Assembly (NCBI GenBank): GCA_000442015.1
Contig: KE561161.1
Location: 1 to 64,000, forward strand
DNA: 64,000 nucleotides
Reading direction: 5' to 3'
DNA from: Rozella allomycis CSF55
Lineage: Eukaryota
Each line of letters begins with the position of its first letter. The stretch's first letter is position 1. Under the pieces are notes generated by a model. The model did no database searches and was not told the origin of the DNA. It saw only the letters and a list, made by a program, of their open reading frames with translations. Both the position numbers and the translations under genes were made by a program. Positions 1 to 13,681 of the stretch are shown here, in pieces.

Positions 1-35
1 TCCCCGTCCGATTTAACGAGCACTGCGAGACTTGT

Positions 36-1642
36 TTATTCGTCAATAATAGCTTCAGCGATTTCATAAAGCAAATTCTTCAGCCCAAGTATATCTTCTT
101 TTCGCATATTGGTATCAGATAAATGTCTAAACTCTTCCGCCAACCGCAAACTCTGTTCCACATTCTCAGGCGACACGAAATCCATGGCCAGTTTCACGCA
201 ATTATCATTGTTGCGCACCTGGTGCGGGAATCCAGCTGGGATAAACACTGCATCCCCAACCTCTTGCACAATCGTCAATGGAATTATACCATGCTTCACA
301 TACAGTGACTCTAAGTCCGCTTCGTGCAAATAGTACAGCTGTTCATGGATAGGATGCGAAACACGCTTCGAGGGGGACAGAAACCGGCTGATTGTTTCAG
401 AGTGCGCTGAGTGGAATATATGCCACGTTGCTGACCCGCCATTTTCGGCATGCAGTAATACATTGACAGCATCTGTTACGTCTACATGCAAGGCAGTAGT
501 TCCCTTGTTGCGTTTACACGAATACGCAGCGTACATTTTGGGACCTTATTTTGATTTAAATCATCACTTACCTAGGTCGGGCACAAGGTAGCTCTCAGGA
601 AGATACTTCATTAAATTGTAGGCTCCATCGTCAAATATATACTCTTTCAGTGGCATCATTTCGTAAAACAATTGCTTAAATGAATCTGTCAGTGGCCAAT
701 CCTATTTTCATGGTAAAGCCAATCTTACCGATATTTTCATTGCCGCTTTTGTCCTTGTTTGGCTAAAATCTTGGAAAAATTCGTTAAAAGTCATGTTTTT
801 GGGGCCAGGAGCTTTTAAATTGGGGCCGAGGACTCGCACTGTTTGATCTCCATATAGCGAACAGATTCTTTCTGGAGAAAATAGATGAGCGTCAAAATTT
901 AACTTTTTAATGATTATAACAAAATGTTTTTTCCAATACTTTTGGAAATCTTGCAATTTGGGAATGGCCATAAACTCTTTGCTTTCAATTTGAACTGTTT
1001 CACTGTTTTTAGGATCAAATAGTTTTAGTCTTTTGTAATTTCTGATTTGATTGCTAATCTTGTTGAAAATCTCTAAATTTCTTTGAATGATGAGAATAAA
1101 GTGATTTGATTTATGGAAAATTTGCTTTGTTGCGCAGGTTGTCTTTTGAACGTGAATATTTAGAAAGCATTTATGGCAAAGCTCCTTGCCGCAAAATACA
1201 CACATGTGAAACAAACAGAAAATTGATGATTTGCATTTATCGCACAATTGGCGGTTTCTATAATTCATGGGCCTGAAAAAATAGTTGGATTTGCTAGAAT
1301 TCATAATGCTTAAAAGGTCTTCTTCAATTACCTCTTTTAGATTGAAGAGTATGTAATCTAAACAATAATCTTTGACGTTTGTTGGTATTTGAGGTTTTGT
1401 GACATTCACAGATTCACCACTAGCGTTTAACACCTTTATTGATTGTTTAAAGTCCATAAATAGAAAAGAGTTTCCACTTCCAATTACTCTAAAGTTTCGA
1501 AATATACAACACTCAGGATGTGGGTTTACGAAAAGGCATGACATGCAATACATGTTTTTAGGTACTTGTTCAGCCAAAAAGCACGCATCTTGCTGAAGCT
1601 TAAAAGTATTTGAACGTTTTTTACAAAGCCGGTAGCTACCAT
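36..1642 (-). CDS. JmjC histone demethylase, KDM3/JHDM2-like (C-rich zinc finger + JmjC)
   Basis: PDLGPKMY, GTTALHVDVTDAVNVL, GDAVFIPAGFPHQVRN and DFVSPEN motifs; CDKC..CVFC..CHKC finger; 27-nt introns at 545-571 and 702-728. Start uncertain. Confidence 0.88.
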
Positions 1643-1730
1643 TCTTAAACTGGTTGTGGTATTGAGCGATTATACTAGCGGATAAACAATTACCTGTACC
1701 AGGAAAAACATCCGGGAAATTATCTATAAT

Positions 1731-2641
1731 TCATAAATTAAACAATTTTATACTATCAAAATTTTTTTCTTGGTTACTCGAATCATTCTTATTAACGTCA
1801 GTTGATGGACTATCTGTATCATCAAATTTGATGAATGCTCTTTCTAATTCTTGGATCTGGTTAGTTNTTCATTGTTATTAACGTCAGTTGATGGACTATC
1901 ATCAAATTTGATGAATGCTCTTTCTAATTCTTGGATCTGGTTAGTTATATCATTTTCCAATTCTCTAATTTCTCCAATTGCAGATTCCATTATTGGATAA
2001 CATGGTATTTCAATATAGAGTTCCTTATCTATAGGATTGTCCATGGGCCTTGAATTGTTCTCTGGCAAATCTGACAAGCTTGAATCAAGTGCAGTAGAAT
2101 TCAATTCTTCTTTTTGCGGAGAGTATGAATCATTGAATGGGTTTTTTGTGTTATCGCTATATATTTGCCCCTGTTCAATCATTACACTTTTACTAGGGAT
2201 TTCGTTAAATGTGTTGGATTCCAGAATTAAATTATTGATAAAATCAGAAGATGAATCCAGTCGGCTATTTAACATGGGGTCGTAATGACCATTCAGTTGT
2301 GACAAGGTCAAATCTTGAAAGGACGAGTTTGTTTTAAATGGACTTGAAATCTCTTGTGGAAATTGGTAAAGGCAAGAATAATTCTTATTGCAACAAGGAG
2401 AATGTAGGAAAGAGTAGTCAAATGTTATAGTTGGCATATTTGGATCCTGCAAAGATTCCTTGGCTTGATTTTTAACTCTCCCTCTTTTTCGTTTTTTAAC
2501 ATGTATCATTGTGCTGTTTCCGTCAGTATTGTTCAAATTCGAAACTATAGAAATATTTGTCTTATTCTCGTAAGCTCCAATTAACCACAGTAATTCCTCT
2601 TTTGTCATATTTTCGTAATCTGCCTTTGTTTCTTTTAGCAT
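1731..2641 (-). CDS. Hypothetical low-complexity protein with basic KKRKRGR motif
   Basis: 265-aa ORF interrupted by an N-flanked duplication at 1867; collapsing it leads to TGA at 1731. Could instead be a 5' part of the JmjC gene. Confidence 0.5.
1787..1946. repeat. Near-identical tandem duplication around N1867 (probable allelic artefact)
   Basis: About 75-80 nt repeated, with a 6-nt indel and a SNP. Confidence 0.85.
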
Positions 2642-2715
2642 TATAAGAGGAATTTTGTTTTGTGATTAAGTGGCGTTTGATTTTGTGCAAAGTTTTTTTT
2701 AAACTTTTGGCTTTT

Positions 2716-3909
2716 ATGGACGAATATAAAATTTTGGTCGTGTAATATCTTATAACACTTGTCATAAGATGTAAAAAATGGTTAAGGCATAAGCCAAAAC
2801 CAATTCAAAGCTTGCCCTTGGAAAACCTGGAAGAAGAAATGAAAAAGGAATTAAATATATGTAAATTCTACTTGTAACCTTACAGCAGATTTTGATTGGT
2901 TATCCGATTTGCAAAGTGTCACAATCAACAACGACATCATTCAGAGTATTACGAGGGCGATGGAAAAAGAATTACAACTCAAAGTACGCTTATAAAAGCT
3001 CTAAGAAAGAATATCATTTTCAAGTTGACTATATCTGGCGATTGTAGTGTTGAACAAGCAGCCACTAATATCAGTATTTGGAATTCATTCGGCATTTATT
3101 TGGAAAAGAAGGATATACTTTTACAAGTACTAGATGTGAAGAAAAAATGATTTAATGGGCAGCAAAATTTTGCTTATTCAGATATATTAGATCAAAAATC
3201 ATGTAGTTCTATAAATAGAGTTTTCAATTTACCGAATGGGTATTATATTTTATTTATTTATTCATAAGCCTTTAGTCTACTAACATCGAAAAGGTTTGAG
3301 ATTGATCGATTTGCAATGCTTTCGCCTTCTCCTTTGGAATATAAACCGGAAATGGTAGACAGTTTATATTTTTGCGATAGGCTTTCGATTTACTCCATAG
3401 CCCAGTAATGAAACGTAGTAGCACAAAAGGCTATGTGACAACCAACGAAAAACGTTTTCAAAGCAATGATAAAGTATGACAATGTTTTTTAAGAGAAAAG
3501 GTTATTTCACCTTCTCCGGGCGCTTATGTCATGAAATTACATTCAATTACACCGAAAATTGCATTTCATGGAACACCTGGTCCACGAAATGTTTTTCCAC
3601 TCAATAAGGTAAATCTATTTGGAGTGAAATAGAGGCACAATTAGATTATCCCGCCCCCAATATATATAATGTTCCTTCGGAAATGTCCAATGTAAGATCC
3701 TCCATAGAAAGAAGGCAAAGGGCAAAGGCCATTATAGAAAAAGATTTGGGAGTAAAAACACCTATTCACTCATAACAAAGGATATTCAAAGAATGCTCAT
3801 TGACGCACAGGTGAATGAAGACAAAGAAGCAATCAAGACTTTGCCTAGGATTTACTTTCCGCACAGAGTAAACAGAAGAATTTCACATTTAGCTCAATTC
3901 TATTTATAA
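2716..3909 (+). CDS. Multi-exon protein with PG-rich (SHIPPO/STPG-like) repeats, possibly axonemal
   Basis: Exons joined by short GT-AG introns (e.g. 2742-2768); SPSPGAY and YPAPNIYNVP motifs. Confidence 0.45.
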
Positions 3910-3933
3910 TTAAATTAATAAATGCATTTATAT

Positions 3934-5458
3934 TTAATTTTTGAATATATTCAGAACTAGTTTCGAAAGTAGGAAAATGTAGGAGAATATAAAGCAACAA
4001 CAGCAAAATATGTAGTTGACCATTACAAAGAGTTCGTTGTACCTTTTCGGGGGTTCAAGAATCGAAACTATCACAAAATATGATGCGATGAAGAAATATG
4101 TACACTTAAGTGAAATAGGAGTGAAGTTATTACAAACTGAATTATTTTCCATAAATTGCTTTCTCGTCCCCTCTGGCTTAACGATAGCCAAATGATCTGC
4201 AGTGAAAAGTACGCTATCAAGATTTCATCTTTTACCGCCAAAGGAAATAGACTATGCGACAAAATTTTATACAATACCTGAAGAAGCATACTTGAATAAA
4301 CCAAGAAACGAAGTTCGCTTCAATTGGGTATAAAAGAGTCACAGGCAAGAGTGGCAAAAGAATTGACTTTTCATGCACTTGAAATGATAGTAAAAAAAAT
4401 GAAATGGATGTTATGCACGTCGCGTACAACAAATTGCGCGATGTCGGTCGAATGAAAACCAAGAGGCAGCAAGGCACTGTAGCCAAAAATGTAAAAAAGG
4501 CACTAAAATTAAGATTTCTTGCAATATACCTTTTATAAAGGAGGCTGTCAATTGAATAAATGTATTTCACCTTTTGAATGAGAGAATAAATACACCATAT
4601 GTTTGCAACTTTATCTTCGAATATACCTCGATGCACTGGAAACAATCTTCTAAACATTTGAAGTAAAAGATCTTTTGAAGTAATGAAAGGATAAAGCGAA
4701 ATAACAAAAGTCATTGTTACAGCAAAGGCGAGTTTCACAAAAAGAAATCTATGTCTTCCTTTGTCTTTTAGTCCATTAAATTACCGTAGACTCAAACGCA
4801 ACAAGTAAAAAAATATTGGAAGCGCAAAATACAACGACATTTGCTTAAAACATAATGACAATGAAAAGCATATCGCGCCTTTCACGTAAGCCTGTTGAGA
4901 AAAAAAGTAAATGGAAAGTAACACAAATGATAGCATTACATTATTATACTGAAAATGACCATTATCAATTAAAATAAAACATGGTTGAATTGCAATGAGG
5001 AAAATAAAATATTTCAAGTTGCTAGAAGTTACGCTGGGATGAAGTTTTGCCGCTGTTAAAAATAGCACTGGCAAGAAAAAGAAAAGGTCTATCAAAATAA
5101 CAGTTGTTCTCATAAAAAATATTAATTCTTGATCTTCCTTTCCCCATGATGTTTGTAGAGCAAACCATGATGGATTGATATAGTTGCCTCTAAATATTGC
5201 GATAAAATACATGTATTACAAGGTACCAAATATGAAGCTAACATACCCACTCAAAGGTGGATAATCAAGACCCCAATGTTCTTGAGGATTTTCGGTACTA
5301 TTCAAATACCAATCTCTGGGGGGAATGTTTATTGAAATTTCCATCCAATGTCTTTGTGCCTCAAAATCTCCAAACAACGGTGGTTTCCCAAACCCTGAAA
5401 ATCCATGTAAACTTACTAAGCACCTTAAAAACAGCCCAAAGAGAAACGCAAGTAACAT
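3934..5458 (-). CDS. ALG6: Dolichyl-P-Glc alpha-1,3-glucosyltransferase ALG6
   Basis: GDFEAQRHWMEI, WGLDYPPL, IDNGHFQYN, RLFPVHRGIFEDKVANIWC, FQVHEKSILLP; 5 short introns. Confidence 0.95.
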
Positions 5459-5505
5459 AACCGAAATTTCCAATTTTGATCAATGTCCTCCTCGAAGTTA
5501 TTTTT

Positions 5506-6390
5506 ATGAATATGCCCGGAACATTAGCATTAGTAAAGGTTCACTTGGAATACTTCTCCAAAAATCCAAACTTTAATGGAATAAACTATCCTAAATTGAA
5601 TCCCAAAAGCCTTGGTACTTTAAATTTCTCTGTCCTTTTGTCTCCTTTTGAGAATATCCTTGGGATCAAAATGAAAATAAAGGAGAGAATCAATGACAGC
5701 GTGGAATTAAACGAGATTTCTATTTTGAATAAAGATGAGAGGAACGAAATGGTTGAAATTGACATTGGAGTAAAAGTTCATGAAATTCAAGTATGATTAA
5801 AATTAATGAATTTATAGGACAATTTTGATTTTGAAGCAGAATCTAATGAATTGGGTTTGTCATACCATTATATTTACAAAGAATTGAAACAAGGAGTTAA
5901 CAATATGGAGTTCTGGGATAGAAACAATGCCATCATCCGTATTCCCATAGAAAAAGAATCAAACAGATTAAATGAAGGGTTGCCTTCTTCAATTACAGCC
6001 TCTTTTTATATTAATTCAATCCGTAGGCAAATACACGCAACAAACTATAATAGAAAAGACAATGAAAGTATTGTTAAAATGTCTTATCAGCATGAAAAAA
6101 CAAAGCAGAAAAAAAGCTTACGTTCCAGATTCAATGAAAACACTTTATCAATCATCAAAAATCATTTTAACACCCCCAAATATGGAATAATAGTGGGAAC
6201 CTCTGATCCCGAGATTGAAAAAAATAATAGTGAATGTGTTTTAAGGCATGATACTGATATTGAATCCCTTGGAGGTTTCAATTGGGCCATTCCCACTTTC
6301 TCAAAAATAGCAGATGAACAAATCAGTGCAAATTCCAAGGTTCAAAATGACACTAAATTACGCAGTCTCAGAGAAAATACATACTTTTAA
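5506..6390 (+). CDS. Hypothetical protein (2 exons)
   Basis: Two ORFs joined in frame by a 27-nt GT-AG intron at 5791-5817. Confidence 0.55.
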
Positions 6391-6507
6391 TATGTCACGT
6401 CAATAAAATATTTCATTAATTTCATCAAACTTGATCATTAAATCTGGCACTTGATACAACACGCGTCGCCTCGCCACCTCACATTATTTCCTGTTCTAGA
6501 TTCCTTA

Positions 6508-7374
6508 ATGAATGTACATTTGGCAACAATTTTCTTATTTATTATGTCAGTCAAGGCCAATTTTATTGGCAGAATTACCATGAATAACTGCAATTTAGAC
6601 AGCGTAGTGAAACGTGCCAAAAAGGAGTTCAACGTATTGACACCTAGCGAAGAATTGAATACCACTTTAAACGTATTGTTGATATATGGGTGTCATAAAA
6701 TATATTTTCATTTGCTCGAAAATCCTGAATACGATCCTAGTTTGAATCAAAATGAAGCAATTAGATTGGCGGCACGATATGGTCACACGAAAATAGTGGA
6801 AAGATTGCTGAAACACTCAAAAGTAAATCCTGCCGATATGAATAGTGAAGCATTGAGAAAATCAGCCAAGTTTGGACATATTGATATAGTTAAAGTTCTT
6901 CTGAAAGATGGCAGGTGCAATCCAGCTGCCAATGACAACGAAAGTATAAGACTCTCAAGTGAAAGAGGTCATCTGGAAGTAGTAAAAACTCTTTCATCAG
7001 ATTTACGCGTCGACCTTGGAAGCCAAAATGATTATGCCTTCCGCGAAGCATGTTTTAATGGTCATCTAGATGTAGTCACATTTTTAATGGTCCATCCAAG
7101 TGTTAATCCTGGGGCGTTAAATAACGAAGCAATCCAATTTGCTGCGTTTTTAGGTATGAATGAGATTGTTAAACTCCTATTGCAACACCCTTTGGTTGAT
7201 CCAGGCGCTAACAATCAATTTGCATTGAGAAATGCAATTCAAAATGGTCATTTAGATGTTGTTCAGTCACTACTTAAAGATCGAAGAGTTGATTCCACGC
7301 TAGTTGATCAAGAAGCATTACAATATGTTTTCAATAATAATGGTTCGGTAATAGACTTTTATGGAGCCAATTAG
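6508..7374 (+). CDS. Ankyrin-repeat protein with putative signal peptide
   Basis: About 6 repeats of type NNEAIRxAxxxGHxxVVxxLL; hydrophobic N-terminus MNVHLATIFLFIMSVKA; intronless. Confidence 0.85.
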   Translation: MNVHLATIFLFIMSVKANFIGRITMNNCNLDSVVKRAKKEFNVLTPSEELNTTLNVLLIYGCHKIYFHLLENPEYDPSLNQNEAIRLAARYGHTKIVERLLKHSKVNPADMNSEALRKSAKFGHIDIVKVLLKDGRCNPAANDNESIRLSSERGHLEVVKTLSSDLRVDLGSQNDYAFREACFNGHLDVVTFLMVHPSVNPGALNNEAIQFAAFLGMNEIVKLLLQHPLVDPGANNQFALRNAIQNGHLDVVQSLLKDRRVDSTLVDQEALQYVFNNNGSVIDFYGAN

Positions 7375-7481
7375 AACCTTAAACAGAAGTTCAATATTAT
7401 TTTAAGTCGTTTTTCATCTGTTTTTCGTAAAAATAGACATGAGAGGGAAAGGGCAGAGAGGCGATTTCATACTTTATAAAT

Positions 7482-8448
7482 ATGAAAGTCTTAGTTTAAA
7501 TTAAGTGTTTAGTATTTCGGTTATTGGGTTGGCTACCTTTCAATTATAAGCCATAATTATTTGCCACGTGCGTTATCCATGCTTTTAATGTGGGGCTCAC
7601 TTCTATATTTAATGACTACTATTTATTCATTAGCCCCCGAGTCTATAAAGTTATCTGGATATACACACACTGACATTTTGTCCAAATGCGAAAAGCTTGT
7701 AAAGAATGGTCCCCTTTTATTTATTCCCATCCAAAGCCATATTTCAAATATGAGAAACCATCAAATTAGAGGAATGATCAAGTATGATAAGGAAACCTTA
7801 CAGGATATAAAATCTCTCGAAGGAAATATCAAAATACATTCCGAAAGAGTTTTAAGGTATCTTCACTACTTACAAATTATGCCCAATTCTACGTATTTTA
7901 AATTAAAATACGACAATATTAATGAGAAAATTAGTGTTTTGCGCAAAGAAAGAAAATTATTGAAGGAAAGTCACCAAGTAGTTCTCAAATCCAAGGCAAT
8001 GGATATAATTACACTTACATTACTAGGGATATTGGTAAACAGCTTTAAGAATTCGGGCATAAATGGAATTGCAAGAGATCTCAAGCTTAAGGTCGCTGTT
8101 AACGAATTTGATCACTTTGTGTCAAGATTAGATATTCAATCTTATTGGCAGCCAGTCAAAAATCTGAATTTCCAGATAGATGAATTAGTGGATCAGCATG
8201 CCATCTTTAAAGAACTGCCGCTTAACCTGACGAGGTCGTTTAGCACTTTTTGCTCGAATTTTGAGATTTATAGAAGAAATTTATGCGCTGTCAAAGTATT
8301 AAGCTCTCATGGAAGTAGAAACAATAATGAAAACCCTTTGGTACAAATTAGAATGGATGAAATTTACGATGAATTTGATCTTGATGCTATTTTGGCTTAC
8401 ACTCATTTAAATGAAATTTATAAAGAAGACGCCAAAGCTGTGAAATAA
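7482..8448 (+). CDS. Hypothetical protein with N-terminal hydrophobic segment
   Basis: 295-aa ORF at 7561-8448; start uncertain. Confidence 0.5.
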
Positions 8449-8506
8449 ATGTATATTTAATAATAATTCTTGCTCACTCCAATTTTGTAACTTTCGTAAA
8501 TTTCAG

Positions 8507-9044
8507 ATGCTAGAGTATATTCTTCTAATTAGTAGACATGGGAAAATGCGTCTTCAAAAATGGTTTGTTACAAAATCATCAAAAGAAAAACAAAAATGTG
8601 TCAAGGATGTGACTCAGTTAATCTTACCTCGAAAACCAAACTTATGTAATGTAATCGAATATGAAGGGACTAGAATAGTGTACAAAAGGTAAATTAGAGA
8701 TAGTTTCAAAAAAGATATGCCAGCCTTTATTTCGTGGTAGGAATCGACGCAGAAGAAAATGAATTAATTGTTTTGGAGATAATTCATCGGTTTGTAGAGT
8801 TACTAGACTTGCATTTCGGGAACGTGTGCGAACTAGATATTGTTTATAATTACGAGAAAGTAAGTAACTTTTGTACTTTTCGACTAAGGCCTATTTTTTA
8901 CTAGATGAATTACTTATTTCCGGAGAAATTCAAGAATCATCGAAGCGAGCAATATCCAAGTCCATATCAACGCAAGATGAAATGCAAGAAAGAGAAGAGA
9001 TTGAGTTTAGCCCAATTACAACATTAATTAAACAAAGTATTTAA
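8507..9044 (+). CDS. APS1: AP-1 clathrin adaptor sigma subunit
   Basis: [46 protein letters not shown]; introns 8689-8714 and 8860-8888. Confidence 0.9.
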
Positions 9045-9085
9045 GAAACAAAAATATCAATAAAAATTATGCATTACGCTCATTT

Positions 9086-9597
9086 TTATAAAAGAATTTC
9101 GTATGGGACAGCAGAAATAACAGTTGGTGTGTTTTTCTTTGTTGAAATGAAATGGGCTGGGCGTGGACCTTTTGGTTGTCTTTTCACAACAACTGTTTCT
9201 CCTTTAACCTTGGCTTCTTTGATTTTTTGATGAGTTTCCTTCATTCTAGCAAGAAAATCATCACGGCATTTAGAATGCTTGACGTGTTCAATACGGATAT
9301 TTACACGCTTCTCAATGTAACGACCTCCGACACGTTTGTTAACAATGACACCAACAGCTCTCTTTGAAACATTGAAGACTACGGCTGTTTTTCTAAATTA
9401 AAAAAAAACGTCATCTTATACCCGTGATAGTACTTATGTGGCATTCCTTTATGAATAGATCCGTTGGCCTTGATATCAACGATATCACCAACTTTAAAAA
9501 CTTTCATATAGGTGGAGAGCTTGGTTGGACCATGCTCACGAAAATTACGGGCGAACATATGGCGCGTACGAGCGCGAAGACCAAAAGAGTGAGGCAT
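9086..9597 (-). CDS. RPL21: 60S ribosomal protein L21 (eL21)
   Basis: [15 protein letters not shown]...[10 protein letters not shown]; intron 9393-9421. Confidence 0.97.
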
Positions 9598-9809
9598 CGA
9601 AAAATGTTACGACAGGGGTCTGTTATTGAGAAAAAACAAAAAGTGAAATACGAAATTTACAAGTTGACTGTTATTATTAAGCACTAGACGCTAATTATAT
9701 TAAATATTAAATATAAGGAACAAAATTGTGTGAAATTGGTTTCTAGTCACTATTTGGTTCGACGATTTGGATTTGTTCAACACAGCCACAGAACCCTGGT
9801 TAAAGAAAA

Positions 9810-10433
9810 ATGACAGGTAACATAGGAAACTGAATTTAATATGTAGTTAAAGTCTGTTCTAAAGTGTACAAGGTTCCTCGTCGTTGTTATGAAAAGGCCC
9901 GTCTTGATGCTGAGTTGAAACTTGCTGGTGAATATGGTTTAAGATGTAAACGTGAAATTTGGAGAGTTGGATTCATGCTTGGAAAGATCCGTAAAGCTGC
10001 TCGTGAATTGCTTACCCTTGAGGAAAAGGATCCCCGTCGTCTTTTCGAAGGAAACGCCCTTATTCGTCGTTTAATCCGTATTGGTGTTTTGGATGAAAGC
10101 AAAGCCAAACTTGATTATGTCCTTGGATTAAAAATCGAAGATTTCTTGAACAGACGCCTTCAAACACAAGTTTTCAAACTTGGCTTGGCTAAGAGTATTC
10201 ACCATGCTCGTGTCCTCATCCGCCAAAGGCACATTAGGTAAAATTTTTTGTTTTCTTTTATTTCCAGAGTCGGAAAACAATTAGTTGATATTCCTTCATT
10301 TGTTGTTCGTTTAGACAGTGCTAATCACATTGATTTCGCCTTGACTTCTCCATATGGTGGCGGACGTGCTGGACGTGTTAAGAGAAAGCGTGCTAAATCA
10401 TCTGGAAATGGAGCTGACGAAGATGAAGAATAA
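9810..10433 (+). CDS. RPS9: 40S ribosomal protein S9 (uS4)
   Basis: [39 protein letters not shown]; introns 9817-9846 and 10238-10267. Confidence 0.97.
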
Positions 10434-10442
10434 ATAAAAACT

Positions 10443-10652
10443 ATGCACTTTCCCTTAAGCCACTTTAATATCGAGATGAATTTTCTTTATCCTGTTTCTT
10501 CCGCTGAATGGATTCTTTTTGGCTTCATTTTTTATTTTTTGGTCATTATATCTTTCTTTTTTATCTACTGGGCAGTCAAAAAGAGGAATCAAGACAAGTT
10601 CGATTATACCCTTATACCAAATAGTGATAGAGTAGTAAGTATGCTACAATAA
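10443..10652 (+). CDS. Small single-pass membrane protein
   Basis: Hydrophobic stretch followed by KKR; fills the gap between RPS9 and IFT56. Confidence 0.4.
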   Translation: MHFPLSHFNIEMNFLYPVSSAEWILFGFIFYFLVIISFFFIYWAVKKRNQDKFDYTLIPNSDRVVSMLQ

Positions 10653-10672
10653 AACTAATATATCGAGATTTA

Positions 10673-12523
10673 TTAATGATGTGATATTCCATTTTCTTTG
10701 CACCATCTTCTAATTAATTGTAATGACATGTCAGCTTGAGGGTGAGATGAATCTTCCAAAAGCTCCAGAATATCCTTAATATTGCTTGCATCTGCTAATC
10801 CATCATACACCTGCTTAAAGGCAGCCACCGCGCTAGCTATTTTCCCTTGAAAATGTTCAATGGACGGATCCAATGCTTCCAATGCTTTAAACGCACGACC
10901 ACTAATTAAAAAAAATTTTCTCTAGCAGAAGAAAAATTATGATTGTGTACCTTAAAACATTCATGACCAACTAACTGCAAAATTTGATAACTCTCACTTG
11001 AAGTTTCCATGGAACAGTATAGATCCCAGGCCTTCTCAGGTTTTTTATTCATTATATCTGATAGCAAAATAATAATAGTGTTACAACATTTTGAAAGATG
11101 ACTGATGTAAGTGTATTCGTTCTTGAATTTTTCATTCTGAATAAGAAGAAGTGCTTCTTCGGCTTCTTGATACTCATGCAATGCGGTCTTAGCTTGTGCA
11201 AAATTGTACAAAAACACATCGTCATTGGCAAAATATGTCTAATCTTTTACCACTAGTGTAATTACCTTAATTGAATTCAAATAAATCATCACATCCTCAA
11301 ATTGTTGTGTTAAAAAATAACAAGCAGCCATACTTTGGCGACCGGGTATTGTATCACATTCGTTAGCAGAGGTACCAACCAATTGAAAGTACTGTTGTGC
11401 TATTTTTAAGTGCTCTTTCGAATTTTGCTCGTGGCCCAACATTGCATTCACAATACCTTTCAGGATGTATTCCTGGGGAGTAGACGGATCAGTATCCTTT
11501 AATAGATCATAAGCCGATGATACATCATCGTTTTTCAAATAGTAAATTGCAAGGTTTATTCTTGCTTCAGGGATTACGTCAAGCAATTTAGGTAATACCT
11601 GAAGTGCACCCTGTCCACTTCTAAACACAACCTCAACAATTGGGATTCAATTTATTACTAAATTATGCCTAATTAATTCTTCAGTAAATATATCTGTTTC
11701 TCCTTTAAGTTTCTCCAAAAATGGTTCAAGCTCGTTTTCCGCTGCCTTGCCATTGTACAATTTATAGAAATTGCATGCCTTGAGATTTAATGCCATTGCA
11801 CTATCCGGATAAACCTGAAGATATCCATTAAGGACATCTTGAGATACGTCAAAGTATTCCAACCGATAATAGCACAATGCTACATAGTAATTGAGTGCCA
11901 AATATTCTCTATATTTATATATTTTGTATGTCACCTATTTTCAACTAATAGCTTCTTGTAAATATCAATCGCTTCTTGATAATGAGTTCTCAAAAAGTGG
12001 ACCGAAGCCAAAGTTAATTGATCTTCTAATACATCGTAAAGAAGTTGATGATATTTCACAAGATTCTCCTCATCCTGCTCTTTTTGTGCTATGTGAAGAA
12101 GCAATCTAATTTTTAATCTTGATTCTGACGCTTTTTCGATCATCAACTTACACTCCTTAGTCATACCAAGAAAAAAATAACAAATAGCAATGTAAATACT
12201 AATAGCAGATTGAAGTGTAGGTTCTTGTTGTAATTGTGAGTAAACCTTTAAAGCCTTTTCATATTTTCCAGCGTGAAACGCAGCATAACCATACCAAAGG
12301 AGAGACTCAATTGAAACCTCCTCATTCATCTGATTTTGAAACTTTTTTTCTATTTATACGATTTATTACGTCAATCAAGGTCATGGCACCAGTATAATCC
12401 CTTTTGGAAAGAAAGTCTTCCAGCGTGGGAATCTTTGGACCATTATTCTTATCCGCTTTAGAAAATTCCTTGGGTTTATTCCTTGATAATATCTGGTTTA
12501 AAAATAGTTATCAAATTTACCAT
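10673..12523 (-). CDS. IFT56: Intraflagellar transport protein 56 (TTC26/DYF-13)
   Basis: [37 protein letters not shown] motifs; 7 introns of 26-29 nt. Confidence 0.95.
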
Positions 12524-12566
12524 TAAAGACCGAACAAATAATGCAACAGCCAAAAGGTAAACAAAT

Positions 12567-13608
12567 TTATTCAAGTTCTGATTCCTTGCAATCATCTAAA
12601 GCTGGGAAAGATCTTGTCGGTGTTTTTAATAGCCTGACTGCAGTTGGGGATGGTTTTGCGACTGTGCTAACACTCCCTGCTTTACTTTTTGTAGAGCTCA
12701 ATCTCCTTAATTCATCTGCCGCAGAAACATCACTTCTTGGATATAATATTAATGTCAGAAAAACATATGACCCGTTTCCTCGATTGAATAAATTTATCAA
12801 TAGATCGCTTATTGCCTTGTTGTAGTATAGGTCCATTGAACCTACTAAAATATCCATGTTTATAATGAACAAAGTTATGTACTGAAGAAATACACTGACA
12901 ATTAAGAATATGTTCATGCGTATGAAATACATGAGCAATGTTTTCCTCTCTGGACTCAGTTTTCTTATCTTTGATATCCTTATAGTTTGTCTTATAGATA
13001 GTATTGTGATGAAGAAACACTCGGCATGATATAGCATTTGAGGTGCCACTGTTTTCAATAATTTATCATATGAATACAAATAGTGCAAAGTTGGAAATAA
13101 GATGAAATTCAGAGCGGAATGTATTAAATAGACTTGCAATTCTCTGCTGCTTACTGTAACTTCATGAAAATATTGTTCTGTAATTCTCTTCCAGCGGCCT
13201 ATCATTAAAAATAAAGAGCTACTCTATGAAAATCATTGATTTAAATATTACGTTGAAACACCATCCAGCTTCAATTACTAGATCAGCAAATGATATAAGA
13301 TCGAGATGGTATACAGGGTACATCGTTTTTGGCTTTGTGAAAATAATCGGTTTACCCTTATTGTCAGTTATCGAAGCGAAACCTTCACTGTATTTAACAT
13401 AAGCGACTACGAGATCAGTTATTAACATTAAGATCATAGATATGAACATGAGATAGGTTGATAAGGTCCTAAGATCAAATCTTTTTAAATTGCTCCACTT
13501 TAGAACTTCAAACTTTGTTGTGGAATAGATATGATATATACAAAAACACAGCATTAACAACGTACCGATAAATCGGTCAATATATGAAAAATCACTTAAA
13601 TGTGACAT
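12567..13608 (-). CDS. Multi-pass (about 7 TM) membrane protein
   Basis: Two hydrophobic ORFs joined by a 28-nt intron at 13224-13251. Confidence 0.65.
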
Positions 13609-13681
13609 GAAATTGATATCTATGGTTACGCAAAAATGTGCGGTGGCAATAAAAGAGGTAAAATAGAGATGTGGATTTATT

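Noticed and set aside
1667..1693. Possible 27-nt GT-CG intron extending the JmjC gene 5' (CAG|GTAATT...TAATCG|CTC)
   Set aside because: No protein conservation forces it, and an in-frame ATG at 1642 gives a simpler model.
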